A DNA stretch of 62,806 bases, filler included, from Rhabdomonas costata (GCA_019059605.1; 47 parts of 47 records of this genome joined end to end with filler, not necessarily neighbours in it); one strand, 5' to 3'. Shown: positions 1 to 12,114, numbered from the whole stretch's first letter. Numbers and translations are program-made. Notes: generated by a model not told the origin, from the letters alone.

Positions 1-404
1 GGTTTTGGGGGATGACCACCCCTTTGCCTCTGTTTGGCGGAGGATCTTATGAAAACTCACTGGCGCAGTTAGAGCCGCAGTCTAAAGAGGGCACTCATAC
101 ACTGAGTTGGGTGTAAAGGGTAAACTTTAGTACAGAAATGAGACAGACACCAACATCGGCTCAAATGCATATTGAAGGCTTAAAACGCCGGTCTCGTTTG
201 GCGTGACGGTGAAATCAACACTGGCCCCACCCCAACCAGGTCTTTCCCTGTGGAACATGGGGACCCGCAGGTTGGGTGCGCTTTATTGAGCAGAGTCTCG
301 GTCCGTGGCAGAACGTGAGATGACGGCGGGGAAGGGTCCCATAGGGGTCATTCTTCAGTCTTCAGCGCGCACACAAACATACAGACTTAGACATATGCAG
401 ACAC

Positions 405-648
405 CTTCGTCGGGCCTGCTGCCAATAGATCGCAATGGGCAGCAGCAGGAGGGCCAGCACGACAACGGTCAACACGGTCACCAAAGGGACCAGCCAGGCC
501 TTGGCCTGGTCCACGCAAACCGTGGCACCCGCCTCGCTGCTCTGCCCATTGCCACAGGGCACACACGACGAGGCCCCGGTGTGAGCAGCGAAGGTCCCCG
601 CGGGGCAGGGCAGGCAGGCCGCGGTGCCGTTGTTTTCACTGAAGCTCC
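405..648 (-). CDS. Exon of a type-I membrane protein with Cys-rich GCC2/GCC3 (ephrin-receptor-like) repeats and a transmembrane helix
   Basis: Translates GSFSENNGTAACLPCPAGTFAAHTGASSCVPCGNGQSSEAGATVC...WLVPLVTVLTVVVLALLLLPIAIYWQQARRR; AG acceptor at 650/649, GT donor at 404; a probable 45-nt intron (360-404) leads to a further exon (LKNDPYGTLP...). Confidence 0.7.
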
Positions 649-1239
649 CTTTTTTTTGTGCGCATTGCGATATTTTCTGGGGAAAAAAGAGGCGAGGGTG
701 GGGGGGCCAGTACTGCTAAACATTTTTGGTTTTTGGTACTGTCGTTGGAGGGCTTTTGGTAGACAAAGTGAATACGACTATTTTAGGGGTGAAGCAGTCC
801 GCTGAGGGGGCGAATGGAGTGGGATGTTCCATACGGTGGGCGACGCTCCGATTTTCAGTTCTAAAAGTCCCCATCGGACACATTTTGAGATGCCCCTCCA
901 AAAGAATACAAGAGGCCTCCCTATCGTACCACGGCTGGTGTGTTGTCCATCCACAACGAAATGCTGCCCGCAAAGCTCAAAACCGAACAGACCTTTTGGT
1001 AGGGCTAAACACAGCTGAGGGCATCGTAAAGGGCGAACGTGTTTTGTAGGGTAGCCGAGGACAAAGGCACAGCAGCTCCCACGATGTCGCTTCCCCAAGT
1101 GGACCGAACTTTTTGGGCCACATTGCATTGCGTTTAGTGAATTGCTTGTGATCTTTCCCCACGTCCATGTGCACTCTCTAAGCCATGAACACTAAACAAC
1201 TTCGCTCCCCACCCCATCTCACAGACAATCACGAACAAC

Positions 1240-1339
1240 NNNNNNNNNNNNNNNNNNNNNNNNNNNNNNNNNNNNNNNNNNNNTTAATTAATTAANNNNN
1301 NNNNNNNNNNNNNNNNNNNNNNNNNNNNNNNNNNNNNNN
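1240..1339. other. Artificial contig linker N44-TTAATTAATTAA-N44 (first of 46 identical copies, about every 1338 nt)
   Basis: Identical 100-nt spacer recurs through the window; TTAATTAATTAA gives stops in all six frames; the segments between are all ~1234-1255 nt, consistent with length-sorted contigs. Confidence 0.99.
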
Positions 1340-1439
1340 GGGGTGGGGGTTGGAGATGTTGATGGGGGAGCGACTCGTTGAATTATCCTCACTTCGCTTT
1401 TATGCGAGTGTCGCGTGTGTGTACAAGCACTATCTATTT

Positions 1440-1461
1440 CAACAACAACAACAACAACAAC
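1440..1461. repeat. (CAA)n microsatellite
   Basis: About 7 tandem CAA units, seen directly. Confidence 0.9.
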
Positions 1462-1949
1462 CTGTTTGTACTATGTGTTTCAATAGTAACTTCTATCATC
1501 CTCTCACTCACTCTCACTTTTCATGTTCAAGTTAGGGCGGACAGAAACCGCGTCTGCATTCCTTGCAGGTTTTGTTCCTTGCAGGTTTTGTTCCTGTTGT
1601 GTGTGTGTGGTTTGCTTTGCGGGTTCGGCGATAGAGATAGGATGCAACGCGCAAGGAGAGGAGAGGACATCACAACTTCAAACTATCAAAATTACTAGCC
1701 GTGGAATCTAGGAACTGCTACTCGCCAACTAATACAGCCCCCATAGTGCTGGAATCTGGTGGAAGTGGCATAGACTCAAAAGAAAACAAACAAAGGAAGA
1801 GCGCTCAGCTGCTGGCTTTTGTTACTAAGAAGTGCCACTCGTTCCCCGTCTCCCCCCCCTTTTTTTTGTGGAAAATACTCTGTTTCTTTGCGATGCACCA
1901 GAGAGAACAGCAGCAAAGGTGTGGGCGAAGGAATGGGATGGAGGCGCAC

Positions 1950-2580
1950 CTCGGTTCCCTTGTGCACCATCAGCACCTTGCGGACCAAGGTGTTGTGCTG
2001 CACCAGCGCCTGACCATACGAAGCCACAGCACCACTGCACGCCACATCCTCGTGCAGCATATGCTGAACGTGTTTCGCGCTACGTTTCAAGGCTTCGGTT
2101 TCGGTCCGTCCTTGACTAGTGCAGCACAAAGAGAAAAGAAACTACCACCATCATCCGGCCTGGGAATCAGCATCCGGCCACACAGTTCTCCTTCCAGCAT
2201 GTACGCTGTCAGCCCAAACTGGTCACCAACAGCCAGTCGGGCTAAATAACCAGCGCGATATGCACCCAATACACACAAACACAAACACAAACACAAACAC
2301 AAACACAAACACAAACACAAACACAAACACAAAACACAAACACAAACACAAACACAAACACAAACAAACACGATGCATACCGCCTTCAGCTCGTCGGGGA
2401 AGTTCTTCCACATCTCTCGGCTGCCCTGGATCTCGCACACCACCACCGTGAGGGTATCCGGGACCCCGCCCTGGCGCGCGGCCTGGGTCAGCTCACTGAC
2501 GGAAGAGGAGCTCGAGGAGGACCGCAGCCCGTCCTCGTCCGACCCCTCGAAGGTCAGCGCTGTGCCATTCTCCCCCAAAC
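1950..2580 (-). CDS. Class III adenylate/guanylate cyclase-like domain, partial (exons 2580-2381 and 2009-1950)
   Basis: GT-AG splicing gives LTVVVCEIQGSREMWKNFPDELKA|ALVQHNTLVRKVLMVHKGTE, matching the trypanosomatid receptor-cyclase pattern VTxxFTDIESSTxLW...P..M..A...H..xxR.......YEVKT; the first metal-binding Asp position is Glu. Confidence 0.75.
2271..2367. repeat. (ACAAAC)n / (GTGTTT)n hexamer microsatellite inside the cyclase intron
   Basis: About 15 tandem units; the same unit occurs at 22800-22920. Confidence 0.95.
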
Positions 2581-3007
2581 NNNNNNNNNNNNNNNNNNNN
2601 NNNNNNNNNNNNNNNNNNNNNNNNTTAATTAATTAANNNNNNNNNNNNNNNNNNNNNNNNNNNNNNNNNNNNNNNNNNNNGGGTTTGGGTTTGGAGGCGA
2701 TGGACGTGTCCCCTAAAAAAAGGTACAATGCTGAAGGTATGCCATACATTTATTATAGCAAAATGGGGTTAGGTATACTTTTTTTCTGACCCCTAGACAT
2801 ACATATTTTGATTTGAGCGGGGTTTGGAAATTCATGACGATTTAGCTAAACGTTTGACCCCGATAAAAATACGAGGCCCTCAACGCAAGCAGGGATGTAT
2901 AAGGGGAGGGGAAGATCCTATGTCCGTGCCGTCCTACTCGATGTCACGAAGCAAGTAATGGGCATGGCTCTGCATCGCGCTTGAAACGTGGAAACGGTCA
3001 AGTGTAA

Positions 3008-3772
<765 letters not shown>

Positions 3773-4121
3773 TGGATGCAGGAGCTGAGATAGGAGTGTC
3801 CTTTCGTTTTGGCAATGCAACTTAGTTTCTTGCTGGGGAGTCCCCATGTTTATCTCTTTGCTTGACTCTCCAACGGTCACGCGATTTCGGCGTGGAGCAT
3901 TGTATTGAACCACAAAACNNNNNNNNNNNNNNNNNNNNNNNNNNNNNNNNNNNNNNNNNNNNTTAATTAATTAANNNNNNNNNNNNNNNNNNNNNNNNNN
4001 NNNNNNNNNNNNNNNNNNTGTGGGGGGTTTCTGTGAGAGGGATTGTGTGACGCGGGCTGAATTTCATGCTTCTCTGCTCCTGCTTGCCCCTTGATGGTCC
4101 ACTCCCGTATCTCACGTAAAG

Positions 4122-5257
4122 GAGATAACAGCCTGGCGACCTCCACAGGGGGTGGCGGTAGTGACCACCTCCCAGTGGCAAGGCATTGAGGCCTCCAGAA
4201 GTGGGTCCATGTTCTTCAACGCGCTGATTCTGTGCCTCGAGGAGATCCGCACTGCCTCTGGGGGAAAGGTTGTGGTCCAAGAGCTGGCCGAGATGATGGC
4301 CTGCGACTTGGCGCAGCGCGAGACGGATATTCTGCCGATACTTCTGACTGACGGGTATACGAAGCTTGCATCCCTCTGGCTTGGCCTTGCTTCAGTGCAT
4401 CTGCAGTCCGTTGATCGGACGTGCCATGCCCCATACCTTTTTTTTTGCCTTGACACAGAAAATAACAGCCATGTGAGAGAATGGATCAGGAAATAAAGAT
4501 GGGAGTGAGGGAGTGGGTTTCATTGTGGAAACTTCTGTTTTTGTATCAGCCGAACTGGCAGCCGACTTTTCTAGTGGGCTTGATTATAAGTTGAAGTAAC
4601 CAGGATGGCTAAACCCGAAGGACCCGCATAGTCTGTATTTTGTCTGTATTTTTACAACAAATTGGTATGGTGCTTCACGAGAGGACGAAGAGTGAAAATA
4701 TTTGACGAAAATTTTGCACGAGAGAAAAAGCCAGTGCTGGGAAAGGAGCCAAAGGAGTCACGAGCGACCCTTTTCAGAAAAAAAAGCAATGGCTTTTGTA
4801 AAGATTTTGTGGAAACTCCCTTATATTTGCGCGCGCGTTGTGGACGCTGTCCCAGTAGCCCGCAAGCGCTGCTGTGAGCACCGAGAACTGCATTCTGTGG
4901 CTTCGCTTGTGCATTCAGGAAATCAGCTGGAACTGCAGTGCTGGCTGACTCCAGGGCCATGGTGGAGTATACCTACGTGCTGATCTGCTCGATTAGCGTT
5001 GACCACACCTTCGACTTGGGCTACATCGAAGAGCAGCTCATGGGGCTTACTCAGACCACCGGTGCGACTCGGGCGGATGGGTTCCAGGTCTCTGTGGACC
5101 TGATCCTCAGCCTGATTCCCTTGGAAGAGGTCCAGCCCCAGGGGGGGCTGGCCAGGGCCCTGGAGGCCTTTGGGGCGTACTGCAGTAGCCGTGGAGCGGA
5201 GGCTCCGCAGCTGAAGGCTTTGAAGGTGGAGACCGATACGGGGGTCGCCAACCCCGG
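4122..5257 (+). CDS. Uncharacterised protein, two exons (4122-4354, 4919-end)
   Basis: Phase-compatible GT-AG intron 4355-4918 joins two GC-rich open frames; no family recognised with confidence. Confidence 0.5.
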
Positions 5258-6261
5258 NNNNNNNNNNNNNNNNNNNNNNNNNNNNNNNNNNNNNNNNNNN
5301 NTTAATTAATTAANNNNNNNNNNNNNNNNNNNNNNNNNNNNNNNNNNNNNNNNNNNNGTGTTCTTTGTTTTGTCCGCACGGAGGGATGGAGGGATGAAAT
5401 AGAAGTTGGGCACTGCATGCACCATGGTTGCTTATAATGCAGCGAGGTTCTGCTGATATGAGCCTTACCAGTTTGGAACTCCCGGGTGGGTCATGGCGAT
5501 TGCTGCTCAAAGGCAAAGACACTTTTATCCACGCGTGTGCGTGCGAGCTGTCTGCTCTCTGTTTTTTGTTTCTCTGCGTTCTCAGTGGTTTTTTGTTTTT
5601 TCTGCCTTTTCGCTTTCTGATGCCTACAAAGTTAGAGGAAATGCAGCAATTTGCTGCTGTCTTGGGGTGCGTCCTTTGTCCCTTCCTCCTTTCTCTCCCG
5701 GTTTATTCTTGCACCCATGGCTGAGTCGCAGTCACTCGTGCGGAGTTCCCAAGATGTCCCAGAGCGAATACTGCGAAAAACGCGAATAGGATCTTCATTG
5801 AAACTGTTTCTCGAAAAAAGTCGAAATTTGGGTTGCCCACGACTACAACGCGCCGTCTTTCCATCTTTGCAGTTGTGGTTGCATCGCGGCTACACAGCAG
5901 TGCTTTCAAAAGAAAACAAAAAAGCGTCAGCGCAGTCGAAGTCATTAAATAGCGGGAGAACTTTCCCAGGCCTTCTTGAACATCACCCCTGTGTCTCAAA
6001 AGTTCCGTTTGCGTCTCTGTTCCCTGTGCGCGGCTTCCAGACAAACCGCTGGGAAAATTGTACCTCCTGTATGTGTCATTTACTACACCTCCCAGTGTTG
6101 CAGCTGTAGTGCCTTGTGTGTAGGTGTGTAGGAGTTTTCATGATTCGCTTGATTTTAATTTTGAGCTACAGCTAAAATTGTGTGGCCAATTCTATGTTTC
6201 CATCTTGTTATTTTCCCGGAATTTGTCTTCCCATGCTCCCCGTCGCGTTCCACTCGCACAG

Positions 6262-6362
6262 CCGCAACCAAGCTGTGCTGCGAAAGCTGGTGAAATACTC
6301 GGTTGTCATGTTCGCCCTGCCCTTGCTCACCCTTTTTGCACTTCGAGATGCCCTGCCCTCAG
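6262..6362 (+). CDS. VMA21: VMA21-like V-ATPase assembly factor, internal exon
   Basis: RNQAVLRKLVKYSVVMFALPLLTLF matches the VMA21 pattern V.xKLL.(F/Y)(T/S)..M..LP...F; bounded by AG and GT. Confidence 0.7.
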
Positions 6363-6468
6363 GTGAAAAGCTGAGTCTCGGCTTGCTTTCCGCTGCACGC
6401 TTCCCAATGTTATGAGTTTTGCCGCGCGGTATTGCACGTGACTTCAAGTGGTCTTTCGGGTCCGGTGA

Positions 6469-6596
6469 GGGTACAAATTTCAATCAAACGTCAACATCGT
6501 TAAAATGACTTGCTTGAATAATGATTAATTCCATGATTAATTCTTATTCAAGCAAGTCATTTTAACGATGTTGACGTTTGATTGAAATTTGTACCC
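6469..6596. repeat. AT-rich 53-bp perfect inverted repeat (6469-6521 / 6544-6596); MITE-like hairpin or amplification fold-back
   Basis: Arms are exact reverse complements; the loop region carries a duplicated ATGATTAATTC; it ends exactly at the contig end. Confidence 0.85.
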
Positions 6597-7146
6597 NNNN
6601 NNNNNNNNNNNNNNNNNNNNNNNNNNNNNNNNNNNNNNNNTTAATTAATTAANNNNNNNNNNNNNNNNNNNNNNNNNNNNNNNNNNNNNNNNNNNNTTTT
6701 TGGTGGCTGCAAAGTGCACTTTGATGGTATTAAGTTCCATTTATGCCGCGAAAGGTTAATGCTTTGGAGTATGTGTATATTATTGGCTCAACTATCAGGT
6801 TCGCAGGGAAAGCTTATCGAATATCACGATTTTAGGTTAGAGCACTCGCAAGATCAATGCGACGTTGGATATTACTCTGAGGAGCTTCCAGTGTGACGGA
6901 ACCTCCTCGGCACACTTTTGCACTCATTTGATTGTATCATGGGATTGGAAATACATGTCTGTGTTGTGGTTCATGGCCTTAAACATCCTGTTTGCGGTGT
7001 GTGTGTGTGTGTGTGTGTGATCATCATATGATTCTAAATCTTCGCAGTGACGTGGAAACACACTGGACATGTCTTGTGCTCACCCACTTTCTTGCCTTCT
7101 TCAAACCTGTGGCCTTGATGATTGATGTTGTAAATTCTCTCTTCAG

Positions 7147-7737
7147 ACACCTCTTCCAAAGCCCAACAAGCCCGCTGACCGGATGCGGAAGCCTTCCAAG
7201 AGGGTCCGGGCTTGCCATGAGGTCGTGGATGAAGTCTGCGGTGTGCTTCGAGTTTAATTCGGGGGGGAGGGACTGGGTCGGGAAAAATGGTCAGCTCAAA
7301 TGCCGGAACCGGCGGCGTTGCCACAATCTCCATGACCTCGTATGTACCCCTTTAGGAGGGTTGCAGCAGCTTCTCTGGAGGGGGTTAACTATAGTGTGTT
7401 TGTAGTTGCTGTTGGCTTGAGTTGTTTCCTCTCGACTTGCATTGCTTGCGTTTCTGCGGGCATTTTCTACTTTTAATTGCAGTTTGCTTCCCGCTTCCTT
7501 ATCGTTTTTTTTCAGTCCTGCCGAGTTGGGAGGTGGGTGCGTTCAATCCTGCTTCCTTGTTCTGATGAGTTTTCCCCCACCTTTCGCAAAGCATTGCCTA
7601 ACCGGAATGCATGGGAGGCTACGCCACATACGCTTCCCAATGAAACAACTGCAGGGTATGCGCCCTATGAGAGGCGAATCATGGAGTTGCTGAAGATTGG
7701 CCGAGAAAAGCGTGCCATCAGATTTGCAAAACGCCGG
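7147..7737 (+). CDS. RPL36: 60S ribosomal protein L36 (eL36), internal exons 7147-7240 and 7655-7737
   Basis: TPLPKPNKPADRMRKPSKRVRACHEVVDEVCG|YAPYERRIMELLKIGREKRAIRFAKRR, with the eL36 signature G.APYE.R..ELLK....KRA.+..K.+; phase-1 GT-AG intron. Confidence 0.93.
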
Positions 7738-8034
7738 GTACGTGTATGCAGTTGTGCTGCTCGTTTTTTCATTCCTGTCCTTTGATTAGAAGGAGCCCCG
7801 TTTCCAAGCTACACCTGCCTCTTGCCGTATTCAGTTGCCCACAAGGCCCCCCCCACCTGCTATACGCTTTTGTCTCAGTTGGAATGCGCAGGTGTAATTC
7901 CAATATGTGAGTGTACGCACATGTACACACAAACNNNNNNNNNNNNNNNNNNNNNNNNNNNNNNNNNNNNNNNNNNNNTTAATTAATTAANNNNNNNNNN
8001 NNNNNNNNNNNNNNNNNNNNNNNNNNNNNNNNNN

Positions 8035-8371
<337 letters not shown>

Positions 8372-8398
8372 TTTTTTTGCGGGAAAAACAGTCTAATC

Positions 8399-8420
8399 CT
8401 GCAAAAAAAAAAAGCGAACA
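8399..8420 (-). promoter_or_regulatory. U-tract + AG acceptor ~28 nt upstream of the SNF1 ATG (candidate spliced-leader trans-splice site or 5'UTR intron end)
   Basis: Minus strand reads ...TTCGCTTTTTTTTTTTGCAG|GATTAG...ATG. Confidence 0.45.
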
Positions 8421-8939
8421 CGAAAAAAGAAATACAAAGACTTCGACGCACGTGGCTGGTCGGGTGCTCTTCATGGGAGAGCTTGCTCTCACAGCGGGCC
8501 TGGTTGTAGGTACTCTCCTTTGGGACAGCACCGCTTTGCGTCGGCGAAGCGTGCACAGAAAGTAACTATGAAGCCTTCCGCCTGGATGCTGCCCCCTACC
8601 CCACGCCTTCACTTCTTAGTGCTCATGTTCAACATGCTGGTTTGTTTGTAGGCATGCTCTGTTCTGATTTCGGTGTTTGGACAAGGGGAGGTATACAAAA
8701 GACCTCAGGACTGCTTCAACGGCAGACGCAGTGCGACTACCCTTGGGGTGGGAAGAGCGCTTGGGATTACCCCGCGAAGAGGATCCCAAAACGACTGTAG
8801 ACCCTTACGGGTTGCTTCCAAAGGCTGTGGTGACAGCATTTGTTTTGAACCAGCTACGTTCTAAGCCATTGCCCGACTTAATTGCCCAAGGCAATTGCCC
8901 TTCTCCACCAGAGCGTGGGCAGCTCAAGCGACCCCTCAG

Positions 8940-9273
8940 AAAAGTTTTCGTCTGGAATGGGTCTCAGCCTCAAGCCTCAGCCTGGTTGAACGTTGTACTC
9001 TGCGAGGCCCTGAGCCTTCGCTTCTCTGCCGTGACTTCAGCTGCTGCCTCGCCGCTGGCTTGGTGTCCCTTTGTTGTTCTCCTCTCCCGAAGCTGCAATT
9101 TGCTCTGCATGCGGCCTCCAAGGGGACGTCCACGGGGATCACCTTCTCAGCTGCCCCAACCTCGGCCGGTACGCCAGGCACAACGCTCTTAGAGTAATCG
9201 TGGTTCGCATCGCAGAGGCCGCAGGAGCCTGTTCCGGTGGTAGCGGGCGAGGTCGGGGGGCTCCCACTCACAC
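8940..9273 (+). mobile_element. Decayed non-LTR retrotransposon fragment (CRE/RLE-type C-terminal zinc-knuckle region)
   Basis: Across frameshifts: SQPQASAWLNVV..EAL.LRF...RWLGVPL...CSACGLQGDVHGDHLLSCPNLGRYARHNALR, i.e. AxAWL, RxLGxP, CxxC..D..GDH...C and RHN motifs that precede the restriction-like endonuclease. Confidence 0.8.
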
Positions 9274-9546
9274 NNNNNNNNNNNNNNNNNNNNNNNNNNN
9301 NNNNNNNNNNNNNNNNNTTAATTAATTAANNNNNNNNNNNNNNNNNNNNNNNNNNNNNNNNNNNNNNNNNNNNGGGTTGGGGGCGAAGGGAGCATGGCAT
9401 TCCTGGTGGTGGTGGTGTTGGCATGATGCTTCAACCCTCGTTCTAACGCGAAGGAAGGAGTACAGCCAATACCCCAGTGGTAACCTCAACACTTCAACCC
9501 AAGGGAGGAGTTCCTGCGTGGCTTCGCCAGGACGGAGTGAGTGAAA

Positions 9547-10291
9547 GCACATTAGGGTGGTGGAACGAACGAAGTGACACGTATAGCTAATGGTTGTGTG
9601 AGCGAAACCGTGAAGCGGTGGAGCGAGCCGCCATGGTTAGAAGTGTTGGGTTGAGTGATGGGAGGACTGAGCGTACCACCTTAGGGTGGGATCGAGGGAC
9701 GTAAAGGCATCAAGGGAGTACTTTGCTGTCGGTCGTCACTTCATTCCTCCCTCCTATGAGTGGATGGTTCGCTTCACTCCACCAGCATAAGCTGCTTACG
9801 TTCGCTCACCAAGACGTCAGCATTCTCGGTGCCTCGATCCTCTATTACGGCATGACCCACTACGTGACTCATGCCTTCATGCCTTCCATGCTGAGGGTAT
9901 ATGCCGATACCTGATGCATCCTCGACTTGGGGGCACAGGGGTTCATTGCTGTCGTTAGTCACTTCGTTCCTCCCTCCTAAATGCGTGGTTTATGCATTCC
10001 GCCACCCTAAGGTGCCTCCATGCATTCACAAGATACAGGGTAATGTGTAGATGTCGCATGCTCGGTACCTCGCATGCTCCAGGGGTTCTTGCTGTCGTCA
10101 CTCAGTGGCTGCGCTCCTTCGTTCCTCCTAGATGCTGAACTAAGAAGATATTCGTGTCGCATCTCCCTCTGGTCTATGCTCCTATCCCCACTCACTGCGT
10201 TCGTGGGGCCCCTTTCTTTAACGCTTCGTCGCTACGCTCCTCGCTTAGTTTACCAGGTCGTCACTCGCTACGCTCGTTCCTCCTAGATGCT
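9547..10291. repeat. Array of conserved motif blocks (TTGCTGTCG..GTCACTTCGTTCCTCC..., CCACCCTAAGGTG) in both orientations, separated by unique spacers
   Basis: Direct copies start at ~9723, ~9946, ~10089 and ~10257; inverted partial copies at 9547-9578 and 9677-9689. Confidence 0.85.
9822..9878 (+). CDS. Putative short nad5-like gene piece (candidate mitochondrial module)
   Basis: ILGASILYYGMTHYVTHAF aligns without gaps to the NuoL/ND5 segment LG.........H..THAF(FKALLF); similarity stops at both ends; it sits between two repeat blocks. Confidence 0.35.
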
Positions 10292-11581
10292 TTCTACGCG
10301 TTCCTCCTCCTCCTCCTCCTCTTCTTCTTCTTCTCAAAAAGCTTCCCCCCCTGGGTACACTGTGATCGTTGTGGATGGGGGTCTAAGTGACGGTGTCCTA
10401 ACGGCGTTGGCTTGCGCCTCTCCACGTTCCAAAAACAGCACCCCTCTGGGCGGCAACGCCACCTCCACCAGCAATGTTCCTGACGTCATGGCGTCCCAAC
10501 CCCAGTCAACCGACATCCCACTCAGCCACTCGAGCTTGAACTGACCACCACCGCACTCTCTGAACCGTGTGATTGAATTCGAGCGGGTGGTTGGTCAAAG
10601 TACCAACCCAACNNNNNNNNNNNNNNNNNNNNNNNNNNNNNNNNNNNNNNNNNNNNTTAATTAATTAANNNNNNNNNNNNNNNNNNNNNNNNNNNNNNNN
10701 NNNNNNNNNNNNTTTTGTTTTGCTTCAGTTATTTCTGAACATATTTTCACGTCGGGTACACCCAGTGGCACGATACAAATATTACGTCATTCTGCCTCGT
10801 TTCCATTCCTTGTCACTTTCTATCCCCACCGTAGCAAATTACTACTGGGCAAACAACCTAACCTAGTTGTGCTAACCCTAAACCCAAGTACCAACCTTTT
10901 TGTTGTGTCACAAAAATATGGGTTGTGTACCGAAGCAAAGTTTGAACCTGAGTTCTGTCTAGTTGACATAACCTTACAGTCTTACAGGCTAACAGTCGAG
11001 CCTACTACAGAAAAACATACAAAACTTGAACCTGTAGTGAAAGTCGGAATTTACAGGAAACCAAAATACAAAAATTACACGTGTCTCAATCCCATCTAAC
11101 CTAATTAGGGCAAGAGTCAGATATCCTTCTGCCGAAAGCGAAAAGTAGCAATGAAGGCCAACCTCGAGGACGCGAGAAGGACTGCGAATAGTGTCCCACT
11201 GTCCGGTGTAGCACCAACACGCGCAAGCAAACACACGAGCGGTGAAATAGGGGGGGCCCCGCAAGAAGGCCAGGGGTGGCCTTCTCCCAAGGCGACGGGC
11301 GGTTGGGCCTCGCTCACAGTCAGAGGATGGAAGACTGGGATAGGGATTGAAAAATGAGATTTAGCGAAAGACAAGAGCTAAGAGGTTACCCCCCCCCCGG
11401 GAGGAATGCCAAAACGCACCAGAAATCTAAGGGTGCCAACATCGAGGAATCCCATTTCCCCATCTCATCCCAGTGCGCCTTCCTGACCTTTCTCTCCCTC
11501 CAACAAGCACAATTTCTCCTTCTTTCTCCTTCACCCACATGGCCCCTCCCCTCACACGTTCTCTAGACTCTCCGGATCGGC

Positions 11582-11701
11582 TCACAGGCGGGTCTGCAAA
11601 AGGTGTTCCAGGGCCCCCAGGAGGTCGCCGTGGGCCGCCTCCAGCGCCCGCAGCGCAGCTTCTCGGTCGGCAAACCCCATCTCCGCCAGCTCCGCCAACT
11701 C
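11582..11701 (-). CDS. C-terminal UBA-domain exon (ubiquilin/Dsk2-like UBA)
   Basis: After an AG acceptor: ELAELAEMGFADREAALRALEAAHGDLLGALEHLLQTRL-TGA, with the MGF..R...AL.A..GD...A.E.LL UBA pattern. Not in the supplied ORF list. Confidence 0.85.
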   Translation of the reverse strand, partial: ELAELAEMGFADREAALRALEAAHGDLLGALEHLLQTRL

Positions 11702-12114
11702 CTGAGAGGAGAAGAGCCCACAAAAAAGGGAGGAAGGAAGGTGTCCCCATCAGCTCGAGGTTAGAAAACTTTGCAGATCGAGGAGGGCTACGCCGAAGCA
11801 GGCCTGGGGGTCTATTGTGTATACAACAGGCCTCCCGAAACCCTGCGTGGCCGGTCGCTGGGGTCAGAATTTTCCGACCTTTCACCCTCGGCCTTCACCC
11901 TTGGGCGGCTCTTTGGTATCCCTTAAGTGCCGCTCCTTGCCCCACACCCACNNNNNNNNNNNNNNNNNNNNNNNNNNNNNNNNNNNNNNNNNNNNTTAAT
12001 TAATTAANNNNNNNNNNNNNNNNNNNNNNNNNNNNNNNNNNNNNNNNNNNNGTGTCAGATTTTCTGAAGATTTGAATGAGGAAGGAAGGAAGAAGTCTGA
12101 GCGGAAAGGTGGAG

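Noticed and set aside
4152-4354. Caspase small-subunit-like resemblance (GSMFFNAL..CL)
   Set aside because: Too short, and no catalytic His/Cys motifs visible; left as uncharacterised.
9547-10291. CRISPR array interpretation of the repeat-spacer pattern
   Set aside because: Blocks are diverged, variable in length and in both orientations; spacers are too long and unequal; no cas genes; eukaryotic context.
10855-10885. Telomere-like CTAACCCTAAACCC / AACCTAACCT
   Set aside because: Only one or two degenerate units; not a tandem telomeric tract.
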